A DNA stretch of 63,468 bases, filler included, from Octopus bimaculoides (lineage: Eukaryota), in NCBI RefSeq assembly GCF_001194135.2. It is 5 parts of 4 records of this genome, joined end to end, with 100 filler letters (N's around TTAATTAATTAA, not from the genome) between each part and the next. Parts side by side here need not be neighbours in the genome. Positions count along the whole stretch, not along the records: positions 62,196 to 63,468 come from NW_026413320.1; 4 more parts are not named here. One strand, given 5' to 3'. Shown piece after piece: positions 63,011-63,468 of the stretch; position 1 is the first letter of the stretch; the number at the start of each line of letters is the position of its first letter. The position numbers and the translations under genes were made by a program. Below the pieces are notes generated by a model. It was not told the DNA's origin and made no database searches. It worked only from the letters and a program-made list of their open reading frames with translations.

Positions 63011-63070
63011 TTACAGGTAATGTTGGAGTCTCAGCTTTTTTAGCTGCTATTTCTGAACTTCGGTATATGG
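63011..63070 (+). other. Candidate downstream exon (strong acceptor, reading frame unresolved)
   Basis: Long pyrimidine tract 62972-63008 ending gtcAG|ttacAG|gtaatg in an island of unique sequence. Confidence 0.25.
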
Positions 63071-63104
63071 TGAAGCAAATGCTTGCTGATCCCTTAATTA
63101 TGTT

Positions 63105-63206
<102 letters not shown>

Positions 63207-63468
63207 CATATATACCCACACACACACGCATGTATAGAAATAATTATTCCACTTTGATTGCGAATGTAAAATGAAGACTCTTACTGTTGCTATGAGTCGG
63301 GTGTTTAATGAGAGAATGCAAGGAAGCGGATTAAGGTGAATGGGGTGGGAGGCGTGAGGGCTAAGCTTGTTGATTAGGCCTTACATCCGTTCGAGGAGTC
63401 GGGAGTTAAGAGAGCAAGTCTGGTAATTAAACGTATTGACGCCGAGAGAGAGAGAGAGAGAGAGAGAG

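Overview
AT-rich, repeat-saturated eukaryotic genomic DNA with 15 N-gaps. It contains no prokaryotic-style genes, CRISPR arrays, rRNA or intact tRNA genes. The SINE families, microsatellite load and RTE/Penelope/R4 relics suggest an octopus (coleoid cephalopod) scaffold; this is inferred from repeat recognition, not from a database search. Only one coding exon is clearly recognisable: 60893-61101 (+), an internal exon of an ARF-like small GTPase of ARL9/ARL10 type with atypical G3 and G4 motifs. Most of the rest is intronic or intergenic: three SINE families (labelled A, B and C here), one unclassified repeat (D), relics of RTE, R4/Dong, Gypsy, Penelope and mariner elements, hAT, foldback and Helentron-like MITEs, and microsatellites. 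The most unusual structures are: (i) a ~2.3 kb decayed but in-register telomere-like hexamer array; (ii) a 750 bp foldback element with a head-to-head TTAGGG/CCCTAA core; (iii) a degenerate minimal hammerhead ribozyme nested at a Gypsy relic; (iv) a MITE with a perfect E2F-type palindrome at its midpoint; (v) a possible C2-domain exon or relic; and (vi) three candidate promoters/first exons, one partly duplicated. Nearly all ORFs in the supplied track are artefacts of N-runs or microsatellites. I found no demonstrable new multi-gene system. Repeat boundaries were read by eye and are approximate unless TIR/TSD positions are given.
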